A stretch of DNA of 63,322 nucleotides, filler included, from Squatina squatina (Eukaryota), in the NCBI GenBank assembly GCA_031763465.1. It is 3 parts of 2 records of this genome, joined end to end, with 100 filler letters (N's around TTAATTAATTAA, not from the genome) between each part and the next. Parts side by side here need not be neighbours in the genome. Positions count along the whole stretch, not along the records: positions 1 to 25,580 come from JARFOE010000057.1; 2 more parts are not named here. One strand, written 5' to 3'. Positions 12,605 to 25,680 of the stretch are shown piece by piece (the stretch's first letter is position 1; each line of letters begins with the position of its first letter). The notes beneath the pieces were generated by a model. That model was not told the origin of the DNA, searched no databases, and was given only the letters and a program-made list of their open reading frames with translations. The translations under genes and the position numbers were made by a program.

Positions 12605-14798
12605 NNNNNNNNNNNNNNNNNNNNNNNNNNNNNNNNNNNNNNNNNNNNNNNNNNNNNNNNNNNNNNNNNNNNNNNNNNNNNNNNNNNNNNNNNNNNNNNN
12701 NNNNGTTCAACTATGTAAATAACTTAAATCCCTCACAATGTGCAGTGGTATATGATGAAAAAACAACTTAACCAAATAGAGACATGGCAAGTACACTCGT
12801 TAGTGAATTTACAATACTAATAGAGAACAGAAAATACCACAAAGTTGTGATTTTTTTATTGCTACACATTTCACTGAAAGTGTGGCCATTATACAAATAC
12901 TTGGGTGACTCTTCAGGAAGGCCTGCAGGATTATACTATATAAATTTATTGGAAATAATCGGGTAGGGGAAGGTAGAAAAAAAAAGGGCTACGATAGATT
13001 ATTCCCTTCAGCAAAACCTTATAGGTCCCCAGATTTTCTCTTTTAAAATGTAGTAAATCTTGCCATAAGATCTGATTACAGTCATAAAAATGATTTAGTT
13101 TACACAATAAAGCACAGTGAAGGATCCAGGTAATGGGAGAGGATGTAATAAAGATGAGTGAGTACAGCAGGTAGTGGCAGCTGTCCTCCAAGAGTGCCTG
13201 TGTGACATAGGCTCTGCTGAACTGGAATCTGGGCAGCCTCTGATGGAGCCTGCAAGCACTGGTCAGGGCATTAGCCAGTAATGCTCTCTGATAGAAATGT
13301 CCACCTTCAGCAACTCTATGGACAAGAAACACAAGACACAAAATATTCAGCTTCTTTACATTCATCAACAACCGATAAAGATGTGACAGTGAACTGTGGT
13401 ACTATGCAGGGGGCGTGCAAGGTGGGAAGAAATTAATGTTTATGGTTTTTACTGTTATTGTACATTATTCATTTTGTACAACTTACATTTTCCTTTCTAT
13501 TTTAATAGTCAACTGGGGGTCTAACATGTAGAAACTGGTCACTGTGTTTAAGAATTTGCAATTAAAGCTACTAAGAAGTCAATTTCCTTTTTGCCCCAAA
13601 ATGTAGAAAGACATTCCACTAATCCAACTCCAAAGATCTCAAGTGCAGGTTAACAGAGCCAAGGCACCCCAAGTCTGTGCAAGGGTGTTGCTGTGGTTTA
13701 ACCAGCAAAAACTGTGCAACTCACTAGAGCAGATCACTGATAAGCTTCCCACTCACTTGTCCAGATAGGAGCACAGCAACATTAGGGGTTCGGCCTACAG
13801 AATTATCTGCAGCAAAGTGAAAACAGTACCTGCCCTCAGTGACAAGTCTATATCTTCAGGTTCCACTCGTGAGCTAGGCTAGTTACTCAATTACCAACGG
13901 TGCCCTGGAGAACTGTGAAGTTGCCTGGCTCAATTATCATATTTCCAATTCTGNNNNNNNNNNAGGAATGTCCTCTTGCACCCAATCCTGCCCTCCCCCC
14001 AAGACAGTCACCACTTGGTTGTTAGATCACTGGTAAACTCCCAAGTTTGAGCCTGCGCTGGGCATACAGCAAGAACTAGGAGCTCCCCACAAGCAGCATG
14101 GTGAGCAATGCAAGTTGCCACAGAACAGTTGGATGCATTGTCACCATCCTCCTGACCATAGCATGGTAGGCGCCAAGCATTGTGATATATGAGCACACGT
14201 ACCTGTATCTGGCCTCCAGCTAAGTCCTTCCAGCAGCTGTCTTCCTAAGTATTATAGTTTCCTCATCAGATATATAATGGACATCACTAAGGTTATAGTC
14301 CAATACGGTGCACCAGGTTTACTTGTCACCACCTGCTTAGTCCAGATCCTCTTGTAAAGGGCTTTGGAAAAGGAGAATGCCTGCTGTGAGGCTGAATTCT
14401 CCTCCAAAGTTTTCAGTGACAATTTTGGTGTAGCCTGGAACTCATTCTTCTTGCACCAGCTTCCATTTTTTGTCACAAATCAAAGTAACAGCTTAGTCTG
14501 GGGAAGGGGGAGAAAGGGGCAGCAGCTAGGGTTGGGGTGGCGGTATTCAAAAAGAGGGCCAAAATCCTGCAGACCTTTAAGTGCTGCTTTGCTAAGCTGT
14601 TGACTCCCATCTGAAATCGCAAGACAGAGTCAAGTATATCTTCAAGGGAGCAAAAGGGCAGACTCTCAAAACAACAGGCAGAACCTACTGAGCTGAAAAG
14701 GAGCTCAGGTAGTCAGTTTTCCTTGGACATTCCCAGTGAGATACTTGGATCTATAGATACGGCTGTGTGAATAAGGGCAGGTGTCCGCAGTCAGCCTC

Positions 14799-14897
14799 TT
14801 GTTCAGTTGAACTTGCCTCACCAGCCTATTATTGTTCAGTTGAACTTGCCTCACCAGCCTATTATTGTTCAGTTGAACCTTCCTCACCAACCTATTA
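14799..14897 (+). repeat. 33-bp tandem repeat x3 (TTGTTCAGTTGAACTTGCCTCACCAGCCTATTA)
   Basis: Directly visible. It explains the repeated peptides in ORFs 14705..14944 and 14767..15129. Confidence 0.93.
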
Positions 14898-14970
14898 TCA
14901 TTTTCTAAGTAAAATTCGCATGCCTGAAATTTTGATCGGGCCAATGAAAAATCTTGCTGCTAAAAATCTG

Positions 14971-15403
14971 GGGGAAGATCTCCAAAAGNNNNNNNNNNNN
15001 NNNNNNNNNNNNNNNNNNNNNNNNNNNNNNNNNNNNNNNNNNNNNNNNNNNNNNNNNNNNNNNNNNNNNNNNNNNNNNNNNNNNNNNNGGGACCGCCTCT
15101 GCGGTGACGGCTTTTCCAGTTGCTGCTAACCCCAGGTGGCCTCTGCGATTTGAGCTGCCAATTTACTGCCGGGTCGCTCAGGGGGTGGCACGCACAGTGA
15201 TGATGTCACCATTACCGTGCCCCGCCGAGAATGGTGTCGTGCTGGGCCGCGGAGGTGTCTCCTATGGGCGCCTCCGCAAAACGGGCCCCAAGTGTTCCGC
15301 TAGGCAGGACCAATGTTAAAAACTTTTTTAAAAACCCTTAGCGCCCCGGTAGCAACTACGACCGGCGAGATTGGGCTACAAAGAGTGCATCAATTTTGGC
15401 CCC
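14971..15403. mobile_element. GC-rich MITE-like element spanning a gap
   Basis: Ends CAATTTTGGCCCC, with possible left end GGGGAAGATCT; flanked by CTG and CAG. Confidence 0.6.
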
Positions 15404-15406
15404 CAG

Positions 15407-15508
15407 GTGCGTATTATACACGGTGATAAGGCAAATTTGAATCTTTGTTTATGAAAATCGGGGTGTGTATTATATTTGGGGGCATATTATATTCAGAAAA
15501 TTACGGTA
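15407..15508. mobile_element. Tc1/mariner Tc2/pogo-type terminal repeat
   Basis: Repeated GGTG(C/T)GTATTATA, ending ...TATATTCAGAAAATTACGG-TA, like Tc2-family CCGTA termini with a TA target. Confidence 0.65.
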
Positions 15509-17454
15509 TGTCATGTTTACGGATTGAGATATTTTATAGACACAGGGTGGTAGGTGGGCTAAGGTGGTCTATTGGAACCTGTTGTATGTGGGACTGAGTT
15601 TTGAATAAGATAGAGAAATTATTCCTTTTAGAAGGCTATTGTCACTATACTCTTTTTAGCAGCACATTTTCTAATTTATTGACTACCTACATCTCAGCTA
15701 GGAATTTATCCAGGGAATGACAGCATTACCACCATAATTTGTCCCCTTTGGATACATATGCAATTATATAATCTAGTTTTGACCATCATGCTGGTTTGAT
15801 TGGCCAGGGTCACTGGTTTACACTGGATGGGTAAGTCGATTGCTTTTTTTATTTGACATGGATTCCAGGATTTTCCCATGTTTTGGGATCAAATTCCATG
15901 ATTCCACCATTTCAAGTGAAAAAAAATAAAATCAGTGACTTTAGTTAGTGCCCTTTGCCAAGATTAAGGTCGGGCTTTGCTGTTGCCTCATTTCCCTTCC
16001 CTGTAGACCTAATTTAAATTGTACACTTCATTTTGGCTGTTTGTTGGCCATAGAATCACACTGTTCACTAGTGTGCCTGCCTGAGCCACCTTAGAGGAAT
16101 ACTTCCACTGTCTCATCTGTTTCAGTCAACAGTGACACGCATTGTGCTATCACAGTAAAGTGACAACTTTAGCAATCTTTCCGAAGCAGTTAATGGCTGC
16201 TATCAAGTAAGTAGAAAGCGTTCAATTTGAAACTTATTTCCAGTGGCACCTCTGGAGATGAAACGATAAAAGTGAATTAGTGTTAGGAGCTAGATTTTGG
16301 TGAAGTCTTCTGTGTATTAAATACATGTTGTTTGGAGCCCAGAGCTTTCCTTTGAGTTGTAATGCTTTTCTCTAATAGTTTCCGTCACAGGCTGGTGGAG
16401 ATGAATCAGGTCGGTGCATCAGCTTTAATAGGTCAGCTCTTTGCAAAGCATCCAGTAGGACGTTTTGTGCTTTCCTAATCTAGGGTCAAAGTACTACCTT
16501 TCGTATGTTATCCAAAGGTATTAAAGGAGCATTCCCATACATCAAAGATCACTATTACAATGACTTGGAAGCACATCTAAAGCATCATTCGCCAGCCTCA
16601 GTTGCACTGGGGCAACTACTATACTTGTAAAAGAAAACAATTTGCAAAATGAATCCCAACGGTCCTCATTTTATGTCAGCAGGTCCACTATTTTGATTAC
16701 AGCAGCACAAAAGCAGTAAGTTGTGTGAAATCATCACGTCCCAAGTGTTTCTGACATGATGAAGCTTTAATGATTTCTGGTTTGTATCTAGCATAGGAAC
16801 AGGCCCACAAAATGGTGGATTTGTGAATATGTATATGAACAGCACTCTCTTTGATGCATCATTTTAAAGATCATGTGGAAAATATAATATGACATTTTAA
16901 GTGTTTTTTAAGTAGAACAAGAAAGCAATATTTCCTGAAGCAACATTACTACCTCACCTTCTGAAACTGGAGTTAAAATTATTTGCAGCCACACTGCTTG
17001 CTGTCCTATCTGTTTGTACAGGTGCTATACTATTGCCAGAATAATGAAAATGACTTGCACAGAAAAACAAACAGCAAAATGCATTATACTACATTTTAGC
17101 TATCTCTACAATGGAAGAGTCAGAAAATGACTGAAGAACAAGTATTAGATCTCAACCAGGGCAGGAATAGTATGCATTGATACTTGGCCTAAACCAACAT
17201 GACAGGAATCACAGATACCTGCATAGATTTGCTATAAACAATACAGCATGATCGAAGAAGCTGCATAACAGTGCACTTATTCATGTACACTCTTTACATA
17301 CAACATGTGCAAAGTACAATGAAATAGTGAATGGATAGTATCAATCCATCAGACTTGTAAACTAACGTATAAACTGGAAAAGGAAACCAGTGGTGGTGAC
17401 AGACAATACATGTCTGTTATACAGTATCGTTAGCGTCAAATGTAGCATTCTGTA

Positions 17455-17622
17455 AAAGACACACGAATAGTCACACTATCAAGGTTGTAAAGAGATTTTA
17501 CAGGAAGACATTAATAAGCTTGCAGAGTGGGCATGTAATTGGCAAATGAACTTCAATATAGGTAATTGCGAGGCGAACATTTTGGTAGGAAGAAAAGGAG
17601 GCTGCATACTCTTTGGAAAATA
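17455..17622 (+). mobile_element. Degenerate CR1 reverse transcriptase fragment
   Basis: Encodes QEDINKLAEWACNWQMNFN, resembling the CR1 LQxDLxxLxxWxxxWQMxFN motif. Confidence 0.7.
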
Positions 17623-17623
17623 A

Positions 17624-17716
17624 GGGCTAGAAATTCATCTCCTATTGTGCCCCGTTAGCGCCTCCGAGGGGTGCTAACGGGACAAAACAGGACAAAATGG
17701 TGCTGGGGGAATTCAG
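17624..17716. mobile_element. MITE-like left end adjoining a CR1 fragment, cut by a gap
   Basis: GGGCTAGAAATT terminus plus subterminal hairpin CCCGTTAGCGCCTCCGAGGGGTGCTAACGGG. Confidence 0.65.
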
Positions 17717-18920
17717 NNNNNNNNNNNNNNNNNNNNNNNNNNNNNNNNNNNNNNNNNNNNNNNNNNNNNNNNNNNNNNNNNNNNNNNNNNNNNNNNNNNN
17801 NNNNNNNNNNNNNNNNCCTGCACCTGTACATTCATACTGCATTTAAGGCGAGAAGGAGATATAACTGGGAGATGTGGAGGAAGCATTTAGTATCACACAT
17901 CAGTCTAAACCACCTTAAAGCTAGTATAGATGGTTAATTGGATGGTCCTAAACCCTCATTAAGCGTACTAAACCTATTAGGATCTTTGGAGTTCACTTCA
18001 ATTCGTCACACTAATCTTTGAAATCTATGCACATTTTGTTATTAAGAGATACTTAAAATTGGTTTCTACAATATTTATAGATTGATATAAATTCAGTCAA
18101 CTCATCTGCATTTACCAGATTAATTCAGAAATATCAGGAAGCTCGCTCTACTCCTGTGCTGCCTCATTTGTGTGTTATTTCCACGGATTCACTGAATTTA
18201 TTTACTTTTGACTCTCTGGTGATGATTAATCTCAGCTTTGTCACGGTTGCAGGAAAAGAAACTTCAACACTTTCCTCCCATCATAAATAAAACAAGAACC
18301 GAACTTCAGAATGCATTTTCACTCACTTCTGTGACACTTGGCTACCATAAATTTTTTACGTCTTAAATTTAGTTTTAGAACGATTACCAGGGGAAAAAAA
18401 TGTCAACAGTTTTGCACAAAACCTTTAGCTTACTGTGAGAATCACTAAATGCCTCTGGGGTCTGCATCAGTATTTCAGTGTGGGTATGCGTACAGTAATC
18501 ACTCTCAGTTCTGAACACAAAGACATTTTTCTATGCTCTTTCCTTTCAGTAACACCAATAATCAAGGCAACAATCACATTTTAGTGACATTGTTGTATGA
18601 CAATGAGAAATGAGTACCTGCTTAGTTCATTTCTGTTTTAGGAAGCTGGGACCTTGCTGTTCCTTACGCTCAATAGTGCAATCAGTGGTGCATTTACTCT
18701 CTCAGCAGTTCCTCCCTCTCCCTAATCTAAATTAATCAAAAATTCCCTCTGGGCAAAATAGGTAAAAATAAAATCTTGAATCATGGCAGTAATTTAAAAT
18801 TTCATTTAAGAATGAAGACTTCATATAACTTTCAAATTTAGCAAAAAATTGATTGTCACATTTCGGATGAAATATTAAACCAAGGCCCTGTCTGCCCCCT
18901 GAGGTGGTTGTACTTCGAAG

Positions 18921-18995
18921 AAACATAGAAACATAGAAAATAGGTGCAGGAGTAGGCCATTCAGCCCTTCGAGCCTGCACCGCCATTCAATATGA
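18921..18995 (-). mobile_element. CR1-type 3' terminus
   Basis: Reverse complement of the tail at 3543-3617. Confidence 0.88.
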
Positions 18996-19095
18996 NNNNN
19001 NNNNNNNNNNNNNNNNNNNNNNNNNNNNNNNNNNNNNNNNNNNNNNNNNNNNNNNNNNNNNNNNNNNNNNNNNNNNNNNNNNNNNNNNNNNNNNN

Positions 19096-19380
19096 CTACC
19101 ACCTGGAAGGACAGGGGCAGCAGGTGCATGGGATCACCACCACCTCCAAGTTTCCCTCCAAGTCACACGGCACCCTGACTTGGAAATATAACGCCGTTCC
19201 TTCATCATCACTGGGTCAAAATCCTGGAACTTCTTCCCTAACAGCACTGTTGGAGCACCTTCACCACACGGACTGCAGTGGTTCAAGAAGGCGGCTCACC
19301 ACCACCTACAACGGCAATTAGGGATGGGCAATAAATGCTGGCCTTGCCAGCAATGCCCACATCCCAGGAATGAATAAAAC
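19096..19380 (+). mobile_element. CR1-superfamily LINE 3' end (second family)
   Basis: Encodes RSFIITGSKSWNFFPNS...FKKAAHHH, then GGGCAATAAATGCTGGCCTTGCCAGC. Same family as 52598-53195. Confidence 0.82.
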
Positions 19381-21048
19381 ATATATAAATGCAAGCTCTT
19401 TCTTTCTTACAACAAATATAGATGTCTCCCTATTGTTTTCAGGTTTGGCTTGTTGTCAGTCAAATGAAACTTTCAGAGGTTTATTGAAACATTCTCAGCC
19501 TTCTATACTTGACAGTCCTAGATAATTATGTCTTAAATGAGTTCATTCCAACAGGTCTATATGGGGATTAGAATGTTAACTATGTGTCGCTGCAGTTATG
19601 CATTGAGCAGATTTTATACTTACATACATCTATAGATCATAGAAAACAAGGAAATGATCTGTGGGCTCAGGATTATTCAGTGTCGATGCAGAGGGAAGTG
19701 AAACGGAAAACAATTATCTGTAACTTCCTCTCAGAAAGGAAAGTGTTTTGGGGTAAAAGGCAAACTTTTATCAGTCTTTGAAGGGCAGTGGAAAGAGGAA
19801 GCAGGTTGCTGTTGCATTCTGCAAAGTAACTGGTCATTAAAAGGAGNNNNNNNNNNNNNNNNNNNNNNNNNNNNNNNNNNNNNNNNNNNNNNNNNNNNNN
19901 NNNNNNNNNNNNNNNNNNNNNNNNNNNNNNNNNNNNNNNNNNNNNNACAGCTTTCACAGCTGCTAAGCCTGCCTCAATCCCTTCCCTGCCTTCTCCACTG
20001 TCAGGCAACATTGATTTTTGACTCTAAAGCTCAATGCTGCAGATGCATTTTTGCATTCTTCTTCTTAATGATATATTGCCTTTATGTCAAAAGCTCATTT
20101 TTACTGTATGATTTAGAAATATTGTCCATCTTTGAAAAGTGAAATCACTGTCTGCTTTACTCTAGTTCATCTCTATGCAGCCAGCAGTACAAATATCAAA
20201 TGCTTTCCTAGATTGTGACAGCCTGTGAGGGTATTCATGCAGGTATGAATTACATCTTCTTCAATCTTTAGTCAATGTTTATTCAAATATATTGCTCATT
20301 TATTGTACTTCCTCAGGAGTTTCATTTACTTGTCATGTGCAGTAATGTAGGGTAACCGTTGAAACTCACCTCGCGGAATGTCCCCTGACAGGGTAGAATT
20401 TATGGTTGCTGATACTGAGCTAATTATCAAGATTACCATAAGCAAACAACGTGTCAGATAAAGCAAATTTGCATGGCCCTTTCAACAAGTTTTCTTTTTG
20501 GTTACTCCATCTTTTAGCTGGGGTTGCAGAAATAATAATGTAACACTATTTTCAAAGCAATGTCAAATCAATGCAAAGCATGCAAACAGTCCACAAGTTT
20601 GACATCATTTTAATGGCTAAAATAGAAGCCTCTGCATATTCCACTCTAACAAATGTTACATTTTTCCTATATATTAAATAAACATTACTTGCAGCTTCCA
20701 CGCAGGCTGGCAGTCAGCTGCTTCCTTTTCTGAGACTTTTCCTTTTACGTTTGGGCTGTGACACCTGTTGTAGACAGTCGGCTGGCACTTAATATTTCTT
20801 TCAGTTTTCTGTCCCTAGACAGCAGACTATATCACCTCTAGGAATAAGTGTTTAGATTTGGACGGTTTTGAATCATCATCCGCTGACTCTGCAGTTTGAA
20901 TATTAAGGCTCCATTAGTGAGCAGAAAAACAACATTTTCTAGTCCGAGNNNNNNNNNNNNNNNNNNNNNNNNNNNNNNNNNNNNNNNNNNNNNNNNNNNN
21001 NNNNNNNNNNNNNNNNNNNNNNNNNNNNNNNNNNNNNNNNNNNNNNNN

Positions 21049-21631
21049 GCAGAGAGAACCATTAACAATGTCAGCTAACATGAGAGCCAGAAAAGGAAGT
21101 TGGGTGCTCAGCAGTTTGGTGGGAATAGGGTCGGGGGAGCAGGAAGTGGGTCTCACGGACAAAATGAGCTCGGAGAGAAACTGGAGAAAGTTGTGAGGTG
21201 AGGGCTAGGGCGGGGAGACGTTAAATGAAGTTTGGCCCGGTGGGCTAGAGGAAGGAAGGGAAGTGACAGAGGCAGTTGAAGGGTCTCAATCTTGGAGACA
21301 AAGAAGTCCATGAGCTCCTCGCACCTTTTGTCGGAGGTGGAGACAGGGAAGAGGGGTTTAAGAAGATGGTTAGCATTGGAGAATAGAAGCTGGGTTTATC
21401 TTTGCATTCTAGAATGATTCTGGAATAGTGAGCAATTTTGACAGATGAGAGCAGGACCAGATAATGTGGCTCAGTCAGATCTGGCTGTGAATGGCGAAAC
21501 CAGTTGTCCGCCACATCCGTTGAAGTCTGCATCCCTTGGACTTAAGGGAGCGGGGAGGAGGGCTGTAACTGGGGGAATGGCCAGTGTGAGAGAGAGTAAT
21601 TGTTTTAATAGGGACTTGGGCATCAAAGGTG
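21049..21631 (-). mobile_element. L2 LINE ORF2 fragment (endonuclease-RT linker)
   Basis: TSCSPDPIPTKLL...LADIVNGSL is the L2-type T(C)xLDPIPT motif; frameshifted. Confidence 0.85.
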
Positions 21632-21731
21632 NNNNNNNNNNNNNNNNNNNNNNNNNNNNNNNNNNNNNNNNNNNNNNNNNNNNNNNNNNNNNNNNNNNNN
21701 NNNNNNNNNNNNNNNNNNNNNNNNNNNNNNN

Positions 21732-21880
21732 GAAGATTTGTCAAGCATGATTTCCCTTTCATAAATCCATGCTGACTTTGACCGATCATGGCACTGCTTT
21801 CCAAATGCTCTGCTATTACATCTTTAATAACAGACTCTAGCATCTTCCCCACTACCGATGTCAGGCTAACTGGTCTATAA
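21732..21880 (-). mobile_element. CR1 LINE reverse transcriptase fragment
   Basis: YRPVSLTSVVGKMLES...QHGFMKGKSCLTNL. Confidence 0.92.
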
Positions 21881-23206
21881 TGATGATTATGTGTCACCAA
21901 GGTGCTTCTGTATTTCTGCAACCTCTTTTCAAATTACAAATAAATGGTTAGAATTTCAAATTTCTTTGCTAGGTTTTTGGGCACTAAGACTGAGCAAGAA
22001 CTGAAAATTCCCCCTTCCTCACTTTTGGGTTTGATGGCTCAAAGAGATAAATTTTCACCAAGAAGAAGACAAGTAAAGATAATTTATTGAGTATGTTACT
22101 GGACGACTAGAGCATGTTAATGGACTACCAGAGCCAAGAACACTTCCTCCTGTGTTATACTTGAAGAGGGAACATGGAGGCTATTATTGTTCAGGCTTTG
22201 TCTGAACACTTTTGATATAGTTCCCACAAGCAGACTCCGTCTCCTATGAATGGAAATCTGCACTTTATACATGCTATGGTTGGGATTGTGTGCCTTGGAA
22301 CTAATGTTTACCCTTTAAATTTGGTATAACACACCAAATTATGTGGAGTGCTCCATGTGTTTTCTTGTCTTCTTTGAATAGCATCAGATGCATCAGATCA
22401 ATGTAAGATTTCAATAGAAATAAAAATTGGGAGAAATGTAAAATGGGCTGTGGATTGCACAAACTCAAAATTGCCCCCAATCAGTCCACAGATGTTTAAA
22501 ATAACCCCTTTAAATTGTATTTCTTACACAGTTAGTTATGCAGCAGGGTTTTTGCACAATACATTTGTAGACCTTTATAATATGATGGGTACTTGGCAGA
22601 TGCAAAATTCCTGCACACTGCATGGAGCTCAGCTGTCAATTTGACGGAACTGAAAGTTAATGACACAAGAGAAATTTAGAATATTTATTACAGTCCAAAG
22701 GCCTCTTCATTCAAAATATGTTCAATCAATTAAGTTCAAAGGCACAATGAGGCAATCTGTGCAAGACGTCACTCAATGAGTTGATTTTCACAGGTGCCCT
22801 GTGAGCATCTGCTCATGAAGAGACATTAGCTTCTGTCCTTTCAAAAATATTCTTTGATGGGTCATCTATTATGAATATTGAATTCATCCACTACCCCCAG
22901 TCTGCAAACTCACATATATTACCATTTGAAAGAGAGGCTGCTCAACTTCTAAGCAAATATTGATCTAATTAGTTTTGAAGTACAGGCAGTGGCAGCAACA
23001 AAGATTAACCAACTCTTACTGAATCTGGTCAATTGTGATTATTGACCTCTCCTCTGAGATCAATGGACTCCCTTTCAGCTACAGGTAGCTGTTCCAATGG
23101 ACTTCTGCCATAACTCTGTGGCAGGAATCCAGCAGAACAATTTGGAAATAAACTAGGACCTGGAGATCCTGAATCCTGACTTAATCTGTGATTTCCTGCT
23201 TGGTTT

Positions 23207-24244
23207 TAGCATGGATTGAGGAATGATTAATGGACAGAAAACAGATAGTTGGAATAAATGAGTCATTTTCAGGTTGGCAGGCTGTAACTAGTGGGGTACC
23301 ACAAGGGTCAGTGCTTGGGCCTGCCATTTACAAACTATATCAATGAATTAGATGAGGGGACCGAGTGTAATGTATCCAAGTTTGCTAATGATACAAAGCC
23401 TGGTCAGAAAGTAAGCTGTGAGGAGTACGCAAAGAGTCTGCAAAGGGATTTCAACAGGTTAAATGAGTGGGTAAGAATGTGACAGATGGAATATAATGCA
23501 GAGAATTGCAAAGTTACCCACTTTGGTAGGAAAAATAGAAAAGCAGAATGTATTTACATGGTGAGAGACTGGGAAATGTTGGTATTCAGAGGGACCGGAG
23601 TGTCCTTGTACACAAATCACACAGAATTAACATTTAGATACAGTAAGCAATTAGGAAAGCAAATGATATGTTAGTCTTTATTACAAAAGAATTTGTGTAT
23701 AAGTGTAAAGACCTACTGCAATTATATAGGGTGTTGGTGAGACCACACCTGGAGTACAATGTACAGTTTTGGTCTCCTTATCTTGGAAGGATATACTTGC
23801 CTGAGAGGGAGTGCAGCAAAGATTCCATGGACTGATTCCTGGGATGAGGGCATTGCCCTATGAGGAGAGATTGAGTGGACTAGGCCTATATTCCCTACTG
23901 TTTAGAAGAATGAGAGGTGATCTCATTGAAACACATAAAATTCTTAAGGGGCTTGACAGGCTGGAGAATCTAGAACACGGGGTAACAGTCTCAGAATAAG
24001 GGGTAGGCCATTTCGGACTGAAATGAGGAGAAATTTCTTCAGTCAGAGGGATGTGAATCTTTGGAATTCTCTACCCCACAGGGCTGCGGATACACAGCTG
24101 TTGAGTATATTCAAGACAGAGATCAATAGATTTTAGGATACTAAGGGAATCCAGAGATTGTGCGGGAAGGTGGAGTTGAGGTAGAAGATCATGATGTTAT
24201 TGAATAGACCTACTCCTGCTCCTATTTCTTATGTTCTTATGTTT
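23207..24244 (+). mobile_element. CR1 LINE 3' part (reverse transcriptase to tail), degenerate
   Basis: [30 protein letters not shown] and RRMRGDLIETHKIL motifs; tail CCTACTCCTGCTCCTATTTCTTATGTTCTTATG. Confidence 0.94.
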
Positions 24245-25065
24245 TGTAAGAGATGAAGCCTTTTCCTGTACAAAAGCAAAATACTGCAGATATTGGAATC
24301 TGAAATAAAAACAGAAAATGCTGTGGGAAGACTTGGTTGCCTTCACATCGTCCATTAATTTAAGCGCTGGAGCCCAATTTTAGCATGGCCTGTGGATTTT
24401 CAGGCCCTAGATTGTCAAAAAGCCACTACTAAACTGCCAAGGATTGAGCACATCCTTCCTAACTAGACTTGATGGATTGCTTTATTTTTCAACATGGAGT
24501 TGCCAGATTTGCTCTTGTACAGAATGAAAATGGGCACCACTATGGTGACAGAACACAAGTTGCATTANNNNNNNNNNNNNNNNNNNNNNNNNNNNNNNNN
24601 NNNNNNNNNNNNNNNNNNNNNNNNNNNNNNNNNNNNNNNNNNNNNNNNNNNNNNNNNNNNNNNNNNNCGAATGGTCCGTTTCTGTGCTTTACATTCTACA
24701 TAATGGAGGGTACCAAAATTAGCCTCAGCATTTCAAGGCTCTGGGATTGGCAGGGGAGGGTTGTTGGTTGCTAGGGTTCCAGATCTTAATCTTTATCCAG
24801 GAGCTTCGGGTGGTAAGCGCAAAAGTGTGGATGCTGCATGAGTACAAGATTGTTCTCAGGTTTGATGCTCTCTGTAGTCAAATAGCCGATTGACACTCAC
24901 TGTGAAGTTTCAAACACCAAGAATAACCATTCAGGCAAAGTGCTGGCATTTTGTGGGACTGTACCTCATGAATAGGAGAAAATTCCAGGAAAAGATATGG
25001 TATTGCACGCTGATACATGTTTCCATAACAAGCTGCATGAATTGGTACATGAAATGGCCCTGGTA

Positions 25066-25489
25066 AAGAAGAACAACCTGTATTTATTTAGCTTTACTAT
25101 GTCCTCAGGTCATTTCAAAGCAACCAATGAATTACTTTCAAAGTGTAGCCACTGTTGTTATGAAACTATACACAGCAGCCAATTTGTGCACAACAGGACT
25201 TTATAAATGAATGAATGACCAATTAAAATATTTATGGTNNNNNNNNNNTTTTGCCTGAGGGAGGAATGTTGCTCAAGACATCAGGAGAACTCCCTTGCTC
25301 TTCTTTGAATAGTGCCTTTTACATCCTGATCAGACAAACAGAGCCTTCGTTTAATATCCCATCACAAAGATGGCAGCTCTGACAATGCAGCACTCCTTTA
25401 GTACTGCTTGATGTGTGTTCAAGTCCTAGAGTGGGGCTTCAACCTATGACTTTCTGTCTCAGACATGCAAATGCTATCAACTCAGCCAA
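25066..25489 (-). mobile_element. Near full-length degenerate Deu-domain SINE with tRNA-like head
   Basis: Minus-strand head TGGCTGAGTTGATAGC (A-box-like) and GGTTGAAGCCC (B-box-like), plus the Deu core. It spans the 10-N gap colinearly. Confidence 0.78.
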
Positions 25490-25580
25490 AACTACACTTA
25501 AGGCTTATGCTCGATACCACTGTATGGTCTGCAATGTTCACACTCCAGCAGATTTTAGAATTCCCTCTATGTATACTCCA

Positions 25581-25680
25581 NNNNNNNNNNNNNNNNNNNN
25601 NNNNNNNNNNNNNNNNNNNNNNNNTTAATTAATTAANNNNNNNNNNNNNNNNNNNNNNNNNNNNNNNNNNNNNNNNNNNN
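25581..25680. other. Artificial concatenation linker N44-TTAATTAATTAA-N44
   Basis: 12-mer with stop codons in all six frames at 25625-25636, centred in exactly 44 N on each side. Confidence 0.97.

Noticed and set aside
13964-14480. Possible degenerate LTR/DIRS pol fragment
   Set aside because: Coding-like composition, but no diagnostic RT, RNase H or integrase motif that I could confirm.
16391-16630. Possible plus-strand exons (LVEMNQVG..., GQSTTFRML...)
   Set aside because: The peptides are unrecognised and end in stops, with no convincing donor.
25430-25489. tRNA gene
   Set aside because: The A/B-box-like head belongs to a SINE and there is no complete cloverleaf.
25625-25636. Homeodomain-site or PacI-type regulatory palindrome
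   Set aside because: It is centred in N runs and repeated identically at 39087, so it is an artificial linker.
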